A stretch of 64,000 bases of DNA from Pyrinomonadaceae bacterium (GCA_035537435.1 DATLMC010000015.1:36860-100859); one strand, 5' to 3'. Numbered from the stretch's first letter, positions 21,183 through 30,326 are shown. A program made the numbers and translations. The notes: generated from the letters alone by a model not told the origin.

Positions 21183-22046
21183 TTAAGAGAGGCGGCAGCT
21201 CCCGGGCGAGGCGTGCGTGAGCTTGCGAAACTGTTTGTAGAAGCGCCCGAGATCGTTGTAGCCCACGTCCCCGGAGACCTCGATGATCTTCTCGCCGCGC
21301 GCGAGGCGGAGCATCGCGTCGCTCGCGCGGAGCTGGCCGCGGTACGCGTGCGGCGGCATCCCGTAGTCGCGCTTGAACTGCCGCGTGAGGTGCGCGTGCG
21401 AGACCCGGAGGCCCGCGGCGATCCGCGCGATGGACGAATCCGGATCGCGGTAAGACTCGTCGAGCGCGCGCTTGGCTCCGAGGGAGAGCGGAGACGGGCG
21501 CGTGCACCGCTCGACGGTGCGGCTCGCGCGGCCCGCCGTGAGAGCTTCGAGTACTTCAATCGGGTTCGACGCGCGCGCTCGCTCGTCAACTTCGACGAGC
21601 GCCGAACGGCTCTCGCGCCCGTGGGGGACGCGACCCGCGGCGGCGACGCCGACCCAATAACTCCGCACGTCTTCGAGCACGATCTCCGTGATCGAGTGGG
21701 GCGCGTACAAGAGCCCGAAGCAGCGCGGCTCGACGCGGACGCGCGCGCCGTCCTGCACGTAGTAAACTTCGCCCGCGCTCAGCCGGTGCAGCTCGAAGAG
21801 CCAGCCGCCGCCCGAGACGACGCAGCCCTCCAGCCGCCCCTCGACCTCCATCTCCTCCTCGATCCACACGAGCCCGCCCGGCAGCGTCTCGACCCTCCGC
21901 CGCGAGCGCACCACGCCGCCGCCGCCCGGAAGGCGCAAGACGTGCTGAGAGACTTCCGGGGCGACGCCGACAACGCGCCCGCGTTCTTCGTGCGAAGAAT
22001 GGCGCGCGCGTTCGTCGCGTGCGGTGGATGAAGTGGCGCGGCTCAT
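21183..22046 (-). CDS. AraC-family transcriptional regulator (cupin-like N-terminus, HTH C-terminus)
   Basis: The C-terminus HAHLTRQFKRDYGMPPHAYR...VGYNDLGRFYKQFRK is a typical AraC HTH. Confidence 0.85.
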   Translation of the reverse strand: MSRATSSTARDERARHSSHEERGRVVGVAPEVSQHVLRLPGGGGVVRSRRRVETLPGGLVWIEEEMEVEGRLEGCVVSGGGWLFELHRLSAGEVYYVQDGARVRVEPRCFGLLYAPHSITEIVLEDVRSYWVGVAAAGRVPHGRESRSALVEVDERARASNPIEVLEALTAGRASRTVERCTRPSPLSLGAKRALDESYRDPDSSIARIAAGLRVSHAHLTRQFKRDYGMPPHAYRGQLRASDAMLRLARGEKIIEVSGDVGYNDLGRFYKQFRKLTHASPGSCRLS

Positions 22047-22058
22047 GCTTCGGTTCCT

Positions 22059-22949
22059 TCAGTCGTCATGGCTGCGGCCGCCGGCGCGCCGCGGCAGGAG
22101 CAGCGCGACGCTCGTCAGGATGAGCGCGCCGCCGAGGGCGGTGCGCGCCGTCAGCGACTCGCGGAGCACGAGCGCGCCGAGCACGACGGCGATGAGCGGT
22201 TCGGGGATCGACATCAGCAGCAGCTTCATCGCGCCCATGCGGCGCAGCAGCCAGTAGTTCAGACCGAACGCGGCGACCGAGCCGACGAGCGAGAGGTACA
22301 GGAGCGAGGCGGTCGCGGTCGGCGTCCAGCGGAAGTGTAGCGGGTTGCCCTCGCGCGCGAAACCGAAAGCGAGGAGCGGGATCATGGCGGAGAGCATCTG
22401 CCCCGTCATCAGCGTCAGCGGATCGAGGTGGCCGCCGCGCGCCTTGACGATGACGTAGGCGAGCGCGACGCAGATCGCGCCGCCCGCGACCGCCGCCGAG
22501 CCCGCGAGCGCAGTCCACCCGGCGACCCTCAACTGATCGGAGAAGATGACCGCGACCCCGACGACGCCGAGCGCCAGCGCGCCGAGCTTCGCCATCGTGA
22601 ACCGCTCTTCGGGCAGGAGGTAGTGTGCGAAGGCCAGCCCGAAGACCGGGGTGGCCGCTTGCAGCACCGCCGTCAGCCCCGAAGGGATGAACTGCGCGCC
22701 CCAGAAGAGCAGCGCGTAGTTGCAGCCCAGCAGCAGCAGCCCTGTCCCCGCGACGAACGCGAGGTCGCGACCGCGCCGCGGGAATTTCGCGCGCCGCGCG
22801 ACGACGAAGGGCAGCAGCACCGCCACCGCCACCGCCAGCCTGATCCCGGCGAAGCTCACCGGGGGCAGGTCGCGCAACCCCAGCTTGATGAAGAGCCAGA
22901 CCGTGCCCCACACGCAGCACACGACGACCCACACGATCACCACCCTCAT
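22059..22949 (-). CDS. EamA/DMT-family transporter
   Basis: 296 aa, about 10 TM helices, duplicated EamA-like halves. Confidence 0.8.
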   Translation of the reverse strand: MRVVIVWVVVCCVWGTVWLFIKLGLRDLPPVSFAGIRLAVAVAVLLPFVVARRAKFPRRGRDLAFVAGTGLLLLGCNYALLFWGAQFIPSGLTAVLQAATPVFGLAFAHYLLPEERFTMAKLGALALGVVGVAVIFSDQLRVAGWTALAGSAAVAGGAICVALAYVIVKARGGHLDPLTLMTGQMLSAMIPLLAFGFAREGNPLHFRWTPTATASLLYLSLVGSVAAFGLNYWLLRRMGAMKLLLMSIPEPLIAVVLGALVLRESLTARTALGGALILTSVALLLPRRAGGRSHDD

Positions 22950-23539
22950 CGCGCGCCCCGCAATCCGTTCATGCCCGCCCGCCCGTGTCTCCGCATCGAC
23001 CGCGCCGCCGTTCTAAATGATCCACGCGTGTAAGCGCGAACGAGTCGACGACATCGAAGCAAGGATTCCCACGCATTGAATCATAGAATCATAAGCTCGC
23101 CGGTTGGATCGTCCACTAAAGACGAGGGGCGCGTGACGCCCAAGCGATCCCGCGCCGGGCGAGTCGCGTTAAATCTACACCGCGGGGGAGTAGGGTGGAA
23201 GCCTGAACGCCGGGCCGCCGAGTTGACCGGGCCGTCAGGCGCGCTCTCGGCTCAAACATCACTACGTATCTGCCTATCGGGGCTGCGGCGAGGGCGACAC
23301 GGAAACAATGCACCGGGTGTTCGATTCCAGTAACCCGCCCGCGCCGCCGGGACGCCCGCCGACAGTGCCGAAGCCCGGCTGTTAACACTTGTACGCCGCC
23401 GCGACGGCTGAGCCGGCAGGGCACGATAGTTGCCACACTGACGAATGACTCCCACTAATCAACTCTCTCCGACGGTGTGTGTAGTCGTTAACCGAAATGC
23501 TGAATAAGTGAAATCTAACTTCAAGGAAAGGGTTGAACC

Positions 23540-23965
23540 ATGAAAAAGTTACTTCTGCTGAGCGTCGCCGCGCTGCTTCTGGCCGGCTCGACCGAGGCGT
23601 TCGCGCAGGGTCGCATCCGCGGCGTACGCAACAACGACCGTCAAGACCGCCGGCGCGTCCTGCGGGGGATTCGCTCCGGGCAGATCACGCGCGAAGAGGC
23701 CCGTCAGATACGCGAACGCGAGCGGCAGATTCGCGCCGAGCGGCGCGTCTATCGCGCGGACGGCACGATCACGCGCGAGGAGCGGCGCGAGATTCGCCGC
23801 GACGAGCGCGGACAGGATCGCTACATCCGCCAGCAACGCCGCGACGACGACCGCCGCCCTCGCTACAACAACGTCCGCAATGATCGTAGGCGCGGCAACG
23901 GCTACTACCGGCGCGGGGCCGGCTCGCCGAGCCACCCGGTCTTCGGGAGGCGCAACCGCTATTAA
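23540..23965 (+). CDS. Secreted, extremely Arg-rich repeat protein
   Basis: Signal peptide MKKLLLLSVAALLLAGSTEAFAQ, then ITREEARQIRERERQIR / ITREERREIRRDERGQDR repeats. RBS AAGGAAAGGG. Confidence 0.55.
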   Translation: MKKLLLLSVAALLLAGSTEAFAQGRIRGVRNNDRQDRRRVLRGIRSGQITREEARQIRERERQIRAERRVYRADGTITREERREIRRDERGQDRYIRQQRRDDDRRPRYNNVRNDRRRGNGYYRRGAGSPSHPVFGRRNRY

Positions 23966-24152
23966 CAGGGGCGTCTACGATTGCCATCTCGGCAGAGAGG
24001 CCGCGTGCGTTCGGCGCACGCGGCCTCTCTTTTTGGCAGCCGCTCAGTAACGACGGCGCCGAATTCAGACAGCCCGCGTCGCGGGGGGCGGCGTGAGAAG
24101 GCTCACATCGCCGCGTCCGGTCGAACGGCCCGCCGGGCGCGCCACGGGGCGC

Positions 24153-24314
24153 TCACCTTCGCTTCGGGGGAAGAGTCTCCCCGCACTTCTGGCAGGGCAC
24201 CGCCTCGTTCTTCTTCTCCTTCGGCACGATCTGTTTCCGCCCACACTTCGGGCACCGCCGCGCCAAAGTCTCGGCCACCGTGTGAGCGATCACCCAAGAG
24301 AATATCGGATTCAT
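24153..24314 (-). CDS. Small zinc-ribbon protein (53 aa), absent from the ORF track
   Basis: My translation: MNPIFSWVIAHTVAETLARRCPKCGRKQIVPKEKKNEAVPCQKCGETLPPKRR, with CxxC..x17..CxxC. The ATG lies 8 nt after the yitT-like stop on the same strand. Confidence 0.4.
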   Translation of the reverse strand: MNPIFSWVIAHTVAETLARRCPKCGRKQIVPKEKKNEAVPCQKCGETLPPKRR

Positions 24315-24321
24315 AGCGCCC

Positions 24322-25239
24322 TCAGTGCAGAACTCGCCTCTTTACTATCCCGCCGCTCACGTCAGAGATCGGGTGGACGATAATAAAGGGGGCTTCGTCT
24401 ATCTCCCTGGCAATGTTCTTAACATTCCCGATTTCCAGCCGTGTCACGACGCAATACAGAATATCCTGCTCCGCCCCCGACCGGCCGCCCCGGCCCCTGT
24501 AGACCGTGACGCCGCGGTTCAAGTCGCGGATGATCGCCGCCTTGATCTCCTCGCTCCTGTCGGAAACAATGATCACGGCGGTGTACTCCTCGATCCCGTG
24601 AATCAGAAAATCGATCGTTTTCGACGCCGCGAAATAAGTGAGGATCGAGTAGAGAGCCGATTCGATGCCGAGAAAAAAAGCGGCGGCCGAGAAAATAAAA
24701 ATATTCAGGATGAGGATCACGTCGCCGACCTTCAACAGGTGGCTGCTTTTGCTGACCAACAGCGCGGCGATCTCCGTCCCGTCCAGGACCGCGCCGCCGC
24801 GGATGGCGAGGCCGATGCCCCCGCCGATGAAGAAGCCGCCGAACACGGCGGTTAAAAGTTTGTCGGGCGTAACGTCGGGGTACTTGACGAAGACGAGGCA
24901 GACGGACAGGCCCGCAATCGCCAGCGCACTTTTGACGGCGAACTTCCTGCCGATCTGGCGATAGCCGAGGGCGATGAACGGGAGGTTGATGACCGGAATC
25001 AGAATCGCCAGCGGGAACCCGAGCACGTCCGAGAGCAACATGGAGACGCCCGTCACGCCGCCGTCGATGAAGCGGCTCGACAGCAGAAATCCTTTCAGCC
25101 CCATCCCCGCCGAAAGAATACCTAAAACGATGAGAAGGATACTGACTGACTCTCGAACCAGTGCGCTCATGTGGTAAGGATAGTCGCTTACGTTATGACT
25201 CTCAAACCCGGAAACGCCCGCCGCCGGAATTAAGCCCAC
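24322..25239 (-). CDS. YitT-family membrane protein (DUF2179 C-terminal domain)
   Basis: Polytopic N-terminus. The C-terminus GVTVYRGRGGRSGAEQDILYCVVTRLEI...IVHPISDVSGG is typical of DUF2179. The real start may be ATG 25170. Confidence 0.8.
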   Translation of the reverse strand: MGLIPAAGVSGFESHNVSDYPYHMSALVRESVSILLIVLGILSAGMGLKGFLLSSRFIDGGVTGVSMLLSDVLGFPLAILIPVINLPFIALGYRQIGRKFAVKSALAIAGLSVCLVFVKYPDVTPDKLLTAVFGGFFIGGGIGLAIRGGAVLDGTEIAALLVSKSSHLLKVGDVILILNIFIFSAAAFFLGIESALYSILTYFAASKTIDFLIHGIEEYTAVIIVSDRSEEIKAAIIRDLNRGVTVYRGRGGRSGAEQDILYCVVTRLEIGNVKNIAREIDEAPFIIVHPISDVSGGIVKRRVLH

Positions 25240-25354
25240 GCGCGCGCGAACGGCGTTGAATTTTCACCGCTCGGAAGCGTAGGGGAGCGGACGGCCGCCG
25301 GCGCAAAGGGTCGGGTGAGTTGTTATGCCCGTGTCGGGCGCGGAGAGTAGGGCT

Positions 25355-25747
25355 TCAGCGATCTTCTACGAGCGTTCCCTGGTGGTAGACGATCTTCCAA
25401 CCTTCGGCCGTGCGACGCCAGATCGTCGACCGGCGGGTAAGGCGGCCGCCCTGATTCAGCGTGTAGGTGAGAAGGTAGTTGTCGGCGGCAATCTCAAGGC
25501 AGTGGAAGTCGTGAGTCTGCCAGTCGTCCTGAGCCCGGTTCGCGTAGCGTCTCTCAAGTTCGTCCAACACGTACTGTCGGCCATAGCGTCGCCCCGACGC
25601 GCCGACTTCCCAGAACGTGGCTTCCGTCATGCGCTCGAAGTCGGCGCGCGTCGTCCCGAACTCCGGGCGATGGAAGATCGGCTCACGCCTTATGAGTTCG
25701 TCCAGCACGCCCGAAATCTTCGGGTCTGTGATCAGGTTCGGTTCCAT
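25355..25747 (-). CDS. NTF2-like / DUF4440-family protein
   Basis: 130 aa. FWEVGASGRRY...LLTYTL......RRSTIWRRTAEGWKIVYHQGT matches the SnoaL/DUF4440 pattern. Confidence 0.6.
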   Translation of the reverse strand: MEPNLITDPKISGVLDELIRREPIFHRPEFGTTRADFERMTEATFWEVGASGRRYGRQYVLDELERRYANRAQDDWQTHDFHCLEIAADNYLLTYTLNQGGRLTRRSTIWRRTAEGWKIVYHQGTLVEDR

Positions 25748-26118
25748 GTTCGCCGAGTACCCTTTCCGGAAGACTTCCCCTCGACTCTGCCCTTACAACG
25801 AGGGGGGTGGGAGCCCAGAATAATTCTTTGTGTGTGTCCTGACGCACAGACGGCCGCTTGAGCATGGCTTACTCTGCGACATCTCACTCCTACAACAAAT
25901 GCTTACCCGACTAAGCCCGAGTCACCAGGGAGAGAAAACTGGTAACGGTGTCAGTAGCGAGTCGTTCATCTATACCTGACCGGACGCAGGTATAGTCCCC
26001 GGAACTCACGTCCTTTTCCTCGTAAACACTTTTCCCACGCCCCCATTCTATCCGGCGAGCGGCCCGGGTTCACACCAACGCGCCGCCATGATACTTATAT
26101 GATTTCAGGGGCGGAAAA

Positions 26119-26838
26119 ATGGCGCTGACACTGAAGACTCGTTTCAAATACTCAAAACTCAACACGCTGGTCTTGCGCGCCGGATACGGGTGGGGGCAAG
26201 TTACCACGAGTGGCGAAGTCTGCACCTACACCTGCGACAAGGGTATGAAAAAGCCGCCGGCAGAAATAGAAACGATCAGAGAGATCATCTCGCTGCGTAT
26301 ACAATTTTGTACCGGCCTCGACCTCGCCGCGACCTTCCTCATGCTGAGCAAAATGTGGAGCGTGAACAGGCTTCAACTGAAGAGCTGCGGCATAAAAGAG
26401 CTGCCCCCGGAGGTCGGCGCGCTCACCAACATCGTGGATTTCGACCTCGGCAACGAAGGCCAAAGCCCTAATGAGTTCACGACCTTCCCGCCCGAGTTCG
26501 CTTCCATGAAACGGCTACGGTATCTCAGGCTACACCACAACCCTCAGTTCGAAGCGTTCCCGCCGGAGGCGGCGAAAATGACCAGCTTAAGGCACATCAG
26601 CTTAAGGGGCTTTCGTTCGCTGCCGAAAAATATCGAGTTATTCCCGAACCTGGAAGATCTAAAGTTAACTTACAGCGGCATCGTCCCGAGGCAGGTCTTG
26701 CCGCTCATCGCCCGCCCGAACGGCCTCAAGTCCGTCACGGTCGGCGAGGCGTATTACGACATGTTCAAAGAACGCACCGCGGAGTACCCGGACTTTTCCG
26801 TCACCGAGGAGCAAACCTCACTCCGGGGGGATTATTGA
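26119..26838 (+). CDS. Leucine-rich-repeat (LRR) protein
   Basis: LQLKSCGIKELPPEVGALTNIVDFDL, MKRLRYLRLHHNPQFEAFPPE, MTSLRHISLRGFRSLPKNIELFPNLEDLKL. Low GC. It is the only plus-strand gene in the island. Confidence 0.6.
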   Translation: MALTLKTRFKYSKLNTLVLRAGYGWGQVTTSGEVCTYTCDKGMKKPPAEIETIREIISLRIQFCTGLDLAATFLMLSKMWSVNRLQLKSCGIKELPPEVGALTNIVDFDLGNEGQSPNEFTTFPPEFASMKRLRYLRLHHNPQFEAFPPEAAKMTSLRHISLRGFRSLPKNIELFPNLEDLKLTYSGIVPRQVLPLIARPNGLKSVTVGEAYYDMFKERTAEYPDFSVTEEQTSLRGDY

Positions 26839-26867
26839 AATCGTTCCTCGCGGGAACCCGGGCAGCA

Positions 26868-26957
26868 ATCCAACGCCCGCCGTCACCCGCGCCCCTGCGC
26901 GACGTGCATGAGAGTCACCGTGATGAGCGTCGGGTACATGCCGTCGTCGGGCGCGCC
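26868..26957. repeat. Island repeat copy iv (attC-like imperfect palindrome)
   Basis: atccaacgcccgccgtcacccgcgcccctgc...catgccgtcgtcgggcg. The central roughly 70 nt are about 80% identical to copy iii. The minus-strand end reads GTTGGAT. Confidence 0.5.
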
Positions 26958-26971
26958 GCTGGAGTCCATGT

Positions 26972-27505
26972 TCAATCGTTGGTGATGTCTTCTGTATTAC
27001 GAGAAGCTCCGCCTGTGTGCCTTTGGATCGTTCCCAACTCGCGCGTCGTCGTTTCAGTAACACTTACCGGCTCAACCAGGCGCGGCATTGCCTCAACGTC
27101 AAAACCCACGCCTTTCACACCCCCCGGCAACATCTGACGCTCCTTCATCAGGTGCAGCCGACTTTCACGCTCCTTTAACTTCTTGAAGAAGCCGCCACGA
27201 ATCAGATTCGCCAACCCAACTCCGCCGACGGTCAGCGCGCCGATCACGAAGGAAACCCAGATCCAAAGAAAAACCGGGTTCGCCAGATGCGGTAAAGTGA
27301 CGGCCCCAAAGACGATGATGAAGTTTGTCAGCATCAGGACTGTCGCCATCATCAACCCGATGCCCGTAATCTCTCGCTTCTCACGCCGAAGTTGATTATC
27401 GCTATTGGTAAGCAAGTCGGTGACAAGACCGAGCGGTAAGCCGCAGCGCGCACAGAAGCGCATATCGTCGGAAACTTGGCGGTGACCGCATTGTGGACAA
27501 AACAT
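26972..27505 (-). CDS. Zinc-ribbon domain membrane protein
   Basis: MFCPQCGHRQVSDDMRFCARCGLPL followed by 3 hydrophobic helices. GGAGG lies before the ATG. Confidence 0.6.
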   Translation of the reverse strand: MFCPQCGHRQVSDDMRFCARCGLPLGLVTDLLTNSDNQLRREKREITGIGLMMATVLMLTNFIIVFGAVTLPHLANPVFLWIWVSFVIGALTVGGVGLANLIRGGFFKKLKERESRLHLMKERQMLPGGVKGVGFDVEAMPRLVEPVSVTETTTRELGTIQRHTGGASRNTEDITND

Positions 27506-27600
27506 CTAAACCTCCAGGAAGTAACATCGTTAAGTTTGTCAAAACCTGCGTCCGGTACGTCAGTAAATTTATAGCCTATGATGCTCGTCCGTCCGGGAAC

Positions 27601-27700
27601 ATTAAACGAAGCGCCCGACGCCCGGCCTCGCCCGCGCCCCTGCACAAGATGCATGAGAGGGGCCGTGATGGGGCGTCGGGTGTATGCCATTGCTATGCGG
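27601..27700. repeat. Island repeat copy iii
   Basis: gcgcccgacgcccg pairs with ggggcgtcgggtg. The core cccgcgcccctgc..tgcatgagag..ccgtgatg..cgtcgggt.atgcc is shared with copy iv. It overlaps the last codons of the VOC gene. Confidence 0.5.
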
Positions 27701-28118
27701 CGTCCGCGCCGCCATCGACCTCCGCGTCTTTCTCTCTCTGTCGTTCGCCGAACCAGTAGCAGAGGCCGTCCGGCGCGACCACGTAAAAGACCTTCCACGA
27801 CGTGTCGTCGTGTCGCTCGATGTCGAATCCGGGCTCGCCCTTTTCCAGGCCGTTCGCCTTCAACTCGGCGAACGCCGCTTCGACGCTATCAACCTCGAAG
27901 GCGCAGCCGTCCTGGGACGGATCGCCGCCGTTCTCGGCCAAGCCTATCCGGATGCCATCTCTGCCGAGCACTGCCGACCTGTGCGGCGACCCGCCCCGCG
28001 ACAGAATCCGGAAGCCCATGACGGCCTCGTAAAAGGGGAGGGCGGCTTCCAAGTCCCCCACGGGCAGGTTCATGTTGTCGCCCTGATACCCCCGGGCGCT
28101 TTTGACTTCTGCCTTCAT
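27693..28118 (-). CDS. VOC (glyoxalase/bleomycin-resistance/dioxygenase) family protein
   Basis: 141 aa. LPVGDLEAALPFYEAVMGFRI...HRSAVLGRDGIRIGL...FEVDSVEAAFAELKANG matches the paired beta-alpha-beta-beta-beta pattern. Confidence 0.7.
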   Translation of the reverse strand: MKAEVKSARGYQGDNMNLPVGDLEAALPFYEAVMGFRILSRGGSPHRSAVLGRDGIRIGLAENGGDPSQDGCAFEVDSVEAAFAELKANGLEKGEPGFDIERHDDTSWKVFYVVAPDGLCYWFGERQREKDAEVDGGADAA

Positions 28119-28227
28119 TCCGGCCTCCAGAGCCTACGGGTAAGCATTCCGATACGTCCCACTCGTGTGATTAAGGATGAACTGTTCTCGACGGCAACGT
28201 CTAGCACCCACGACACCCCACGCAGAC

Positions 28228-28318
28228 GCATAACGCCCGGCATCAGCGGTGCGACTTCAACTTTGGAGGTAAGGGGCGCGCCGGGTACGCGTCCGCCGCA
28301 TGCCGACGCTGGGCGCGG
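28228..28318. repeat. Island repeat copy ii
   Basis: gcataacgcccggcatcagcgg ... gcatgccgacgctgggcg. It shares taacgcccggcatca and gcatgccg-N5-gggcg with copy i. Confidence 0.5.
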
Positions 28319-28337
28319 TCTACGTAACCACAGACGG

Positions 28338-28829
28338 CTACTTACTACTATCAGCCCGAACCATATCAATCACTATGGCACTAGACAGGATTAGCACGTC
28401 GTCTTCGTCCTCTACGACATCCACGCCGTACGTGTCAGTCCAGGAGAACCACTGCCTTGATACCGTAGCAACCGCCCGCTCCCCTCTGCTGAACGTAAAC
28501 TCCAGGTGCCAGAAGTCACCTTCGGCGACCAGATCATCAGGGCCGGGCACGTCAACCGTGAACACGTGCTTGAAGAATGAGAACAGTTCTTTCTTAACGA
28601 CGGCAAAAAGCTGTCCGTCTCTGTAGATCTCATAAGTCGGCCCCCACGCGAACAGTTTCTGCCGGATGAAGGCGAGTTCGTTCCCCGACATATCTCGGAA
28701 CGTCAGTTGATGACCGAAACTAAAAGCCGCCCCCTCAACCGAGAATACCTCTTGACCCTGGTCGTTCTTAATATGGAAAGCGCCGCCCAAACTGAAGAGC
28801 CTCTGTTTCATCAGATAACGCATAATCAT
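28338..28829 (-). CDS. LURP-one-related / YxjI-like (tubby C-terminal-like fold) protein
   Basis: MKQRLFSLGGAFHIKNDQGQEVFSVEG...FRDMSGNELAFIRQKLF...YEIYRDGQLFAVVKKE..F...F....EGDFW..EF is collinear with the B. subtilis YxjI pattern. Confidence 0.65.
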   Translation of the reverse strand: MIMRYLMKQRLFSLGGAFHIKNDQGQEVFSVEGAAFSFGHQLTFRDMSGNELAFIRQKLFAWGPTYEIYRDGQLFAVVKKELFSFFKHVFTVDVPGPDDLVAEGDFWHLEFTFSRGERAVATVSRQWFSWTDTYGVDVVEDEDDVLILSSAIVIDMVRADSSK

Positions 28830-28856
28830 TCCTCGTGCATATCTAAACCATACAGC

Positions 28857-28960
28857 ATCTAACGCCCGGCATCACCCGCCGGTAGACATCTGCGGAGGCT
28901 TTCGCTCTTGCCAATGACACCGGGCTCATGCCGGCCGGGTGCATGCCGTTGTCGGGCGGC
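28857..28960. repeat. Island repeat copy i
   Basis: atctaacgcccggcatcacccgccgg ... ccggccgggtgcatgccgttgtcgggcg. The long imperfect stem has single-base bulges. The minus-strand end GTTAGAT lies about 28 nt before the next ATG. Confidence 0.5.
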
Positions 28961-29063
28961 GGATTCATTAGAAGAGGTCGGGCGAGCATTACGGGGGCAT
29001 TGAACTGCCTTACTTAATCCCGCCGCCCATTGCCGAAGCGCGCAGCTTAACCTGTCGCGGAAC

Positions 29064-29663
29064 TTACTTCTTACTTTTTTGCTTGAGCGGTCTGTCGAGG
29101 GAGTCTACGACCGTCGCGATACGCGGAGCCTCCCGGAGCAGCGCTACCTTGCGACGCGCCCCGTCCACGAGCACGTCGGCGTTCTCGAAAACCTTCTTAA
29201 CTCGCTCGGCTGACTCAGGCGTAAGATTCTTTAGCGGTATGAGGATCGGGCCTTCGTCCAAGAAGGGCTGCCCGGCCACGTCCGCGGGGACGCCCGCCCG
29301 CGCCTCATTACTGAACGCCCCGAGGGGGATGGCGTTGAGATCGCGGTAGAGCGTGTAAGCCTTCTTCTTGCCATGATACATGGACACGAGGTCAGCGCCG
29401 CCACGGCTTTGTGCCCACTCCTCCACGGCGATCCCGTCGCCCCGTGTCGTAATCCAGACCCTCACTAGAGGGTTGGGAGGGTTCATGCCGGCCGGGCAAA
29501 GTATATAATCGAAGTAAACGTAGTCGTGCTCGATCAGTTCCCAGTTCCGCTCCGACCGCTCGCCCTGCTCGCACTTGGACTGCTTCTGTTGCCCGAATCC
29601 AGTGCCCGCCGGGGCTACGGCTAAACCTGCGCCGAACAGAGATGTCAGAAAAATCTTGCGCAT
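29064..29663 (-). CDS. Secreted hypothetical protein
   Basis: ATG 29663 is preceded by GAGGAGG. Signal peptide MRKIFLTSLFGAGLAVAPAG. No recognised domain. Confidence 0.5.
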   Translation of the reverse strand: MRKIFLTSLFGAGLAVAPAGTGFGQQKQSKCEQGERSERNWELIEHDYVYFDYILCPAGMNPPNPLVRVWITTRGDGIAVEEWAQSRGGADLVSMYHGKKKAYTLYRDLNAIPLGAFSNEARAGVPADVAGQPFLDEGPILIPLKNLTPESAERVKKVFENADVLVDGARRKVALLREAPRIATVVDSLDRPLKQKSKK

Positions 29664-29699
29664 GGACGCCTCCTCTGGAACCACTGTCACCCTTCAGCC

Positions 29700-29801
29700 G
29701 CCTAACACCTTAGACTAGCCGCGGCCGCCCGACGCCTGAATTAACCGGCGAGCTATCAACTTCAAAGACAAGAGACCCGCTGATCGCGCGTCCGGTTGAA
29801 T
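29700..29801. repeat. Island repeat copy v (most divergent)
   Basis: Plus strand gcctaac ... gttgaat, matching RYYYAAC ... GTTRRRY. It shares ccgcccgacgcc with copy iii. The internal pairing is weak. Confidence 0.35.
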
Positions 29802-29807
29802 GAGTTG

Positions 29808-30326
29808 TTATGACCCGCGTTGTCGCTCTCTGTAGTAGTGTTCGCGGACTTTCGCTTGCCACTTTAGAAACACCTCAGTCAAGGCTGATTTATTTTCCTT
29901 AGTCATTCTCGGTTTGGGCATTTTGTGCACAAAGACATCAGTGACTCCGCGGTCAAAAATCCCGCCTGATATGCCGTCTTCTCTGAAAACCAAGAGTGGG
30001 AGACCTAACGAATAAAGAATGCCTGACTCCAAATGATTCCAAGCTGTAGGAAATGTTACGGAGCGGGCGGTTCTCTGTTCTTTTGTACCGCGCTTCCAGA
30101 TAATTGACCTGCTCATAGCTTGCTCGAACCCAAGTATTACTCCGCCCGAGCAATGAGTCGCAAGTACGTACACTTCCCTTAAAGGCAGATCCGTCGGGTA
30201 ATCTGATCTGCCAAGCGCACGTGGCTCAAACCTAAGCATGTCCAGCTCCCTCAAAATAATGCGCCTGCAATTCTCTTGCGTTGGGTTGAGAGCAGTAGGA
30301 CAAGATACAAATACTGGTATTCTCAT
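29808..30326 (-). CDS. Hypothetical protein, possible TIR-like / nucleoside 2-deoxyribosyltransferase-like Rossmannoid fold
   Basis: 172 aa and the lowest GC in the window. MRIPVFVSCP...VILGFEQ...PTAWNHLESGILYSLGLPLLVFRE resembles the NDT/TIR-like pattern. Unverified. Confidence 0.45.
   Translation of the reverse strand: MRIPVFVSCPTALNPTQENCRRIILRELDMLRFEPRALGRSDYPTDLPLREVYVLATHCSGGVILGFEQAMSRSIIWKRGTKEQRTARSVTFPTAWNHLESGILYSLGLPLLVFREDGISGGIFDRGVTDVFVHKMPKPRMTKENKSALTEVFLKWQAKVREHYYRERQRGS

Noticed and set aside
23300-23340. gggtgttcgattccag resembles a tRNA/tmRNA T-loop (GGTTCGAATCC).
   Set aside because: The flanking bases cannot form a T-stem or acceptor stem, no anticodon arm could be drawn, and there is no CCA-proximal pairing.
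25970-25997. A perfect 9-bp hairpin (ctatacctg..caggtatag) in the island's left flank, considered as a sixth attC-like site.
   Set aside because: It shares none of the conserved TAACGCCCGGC / CATGCCG-N5-GGGCG motifs of the island repeats. It is probably just a local stem in the divergent promoter region.
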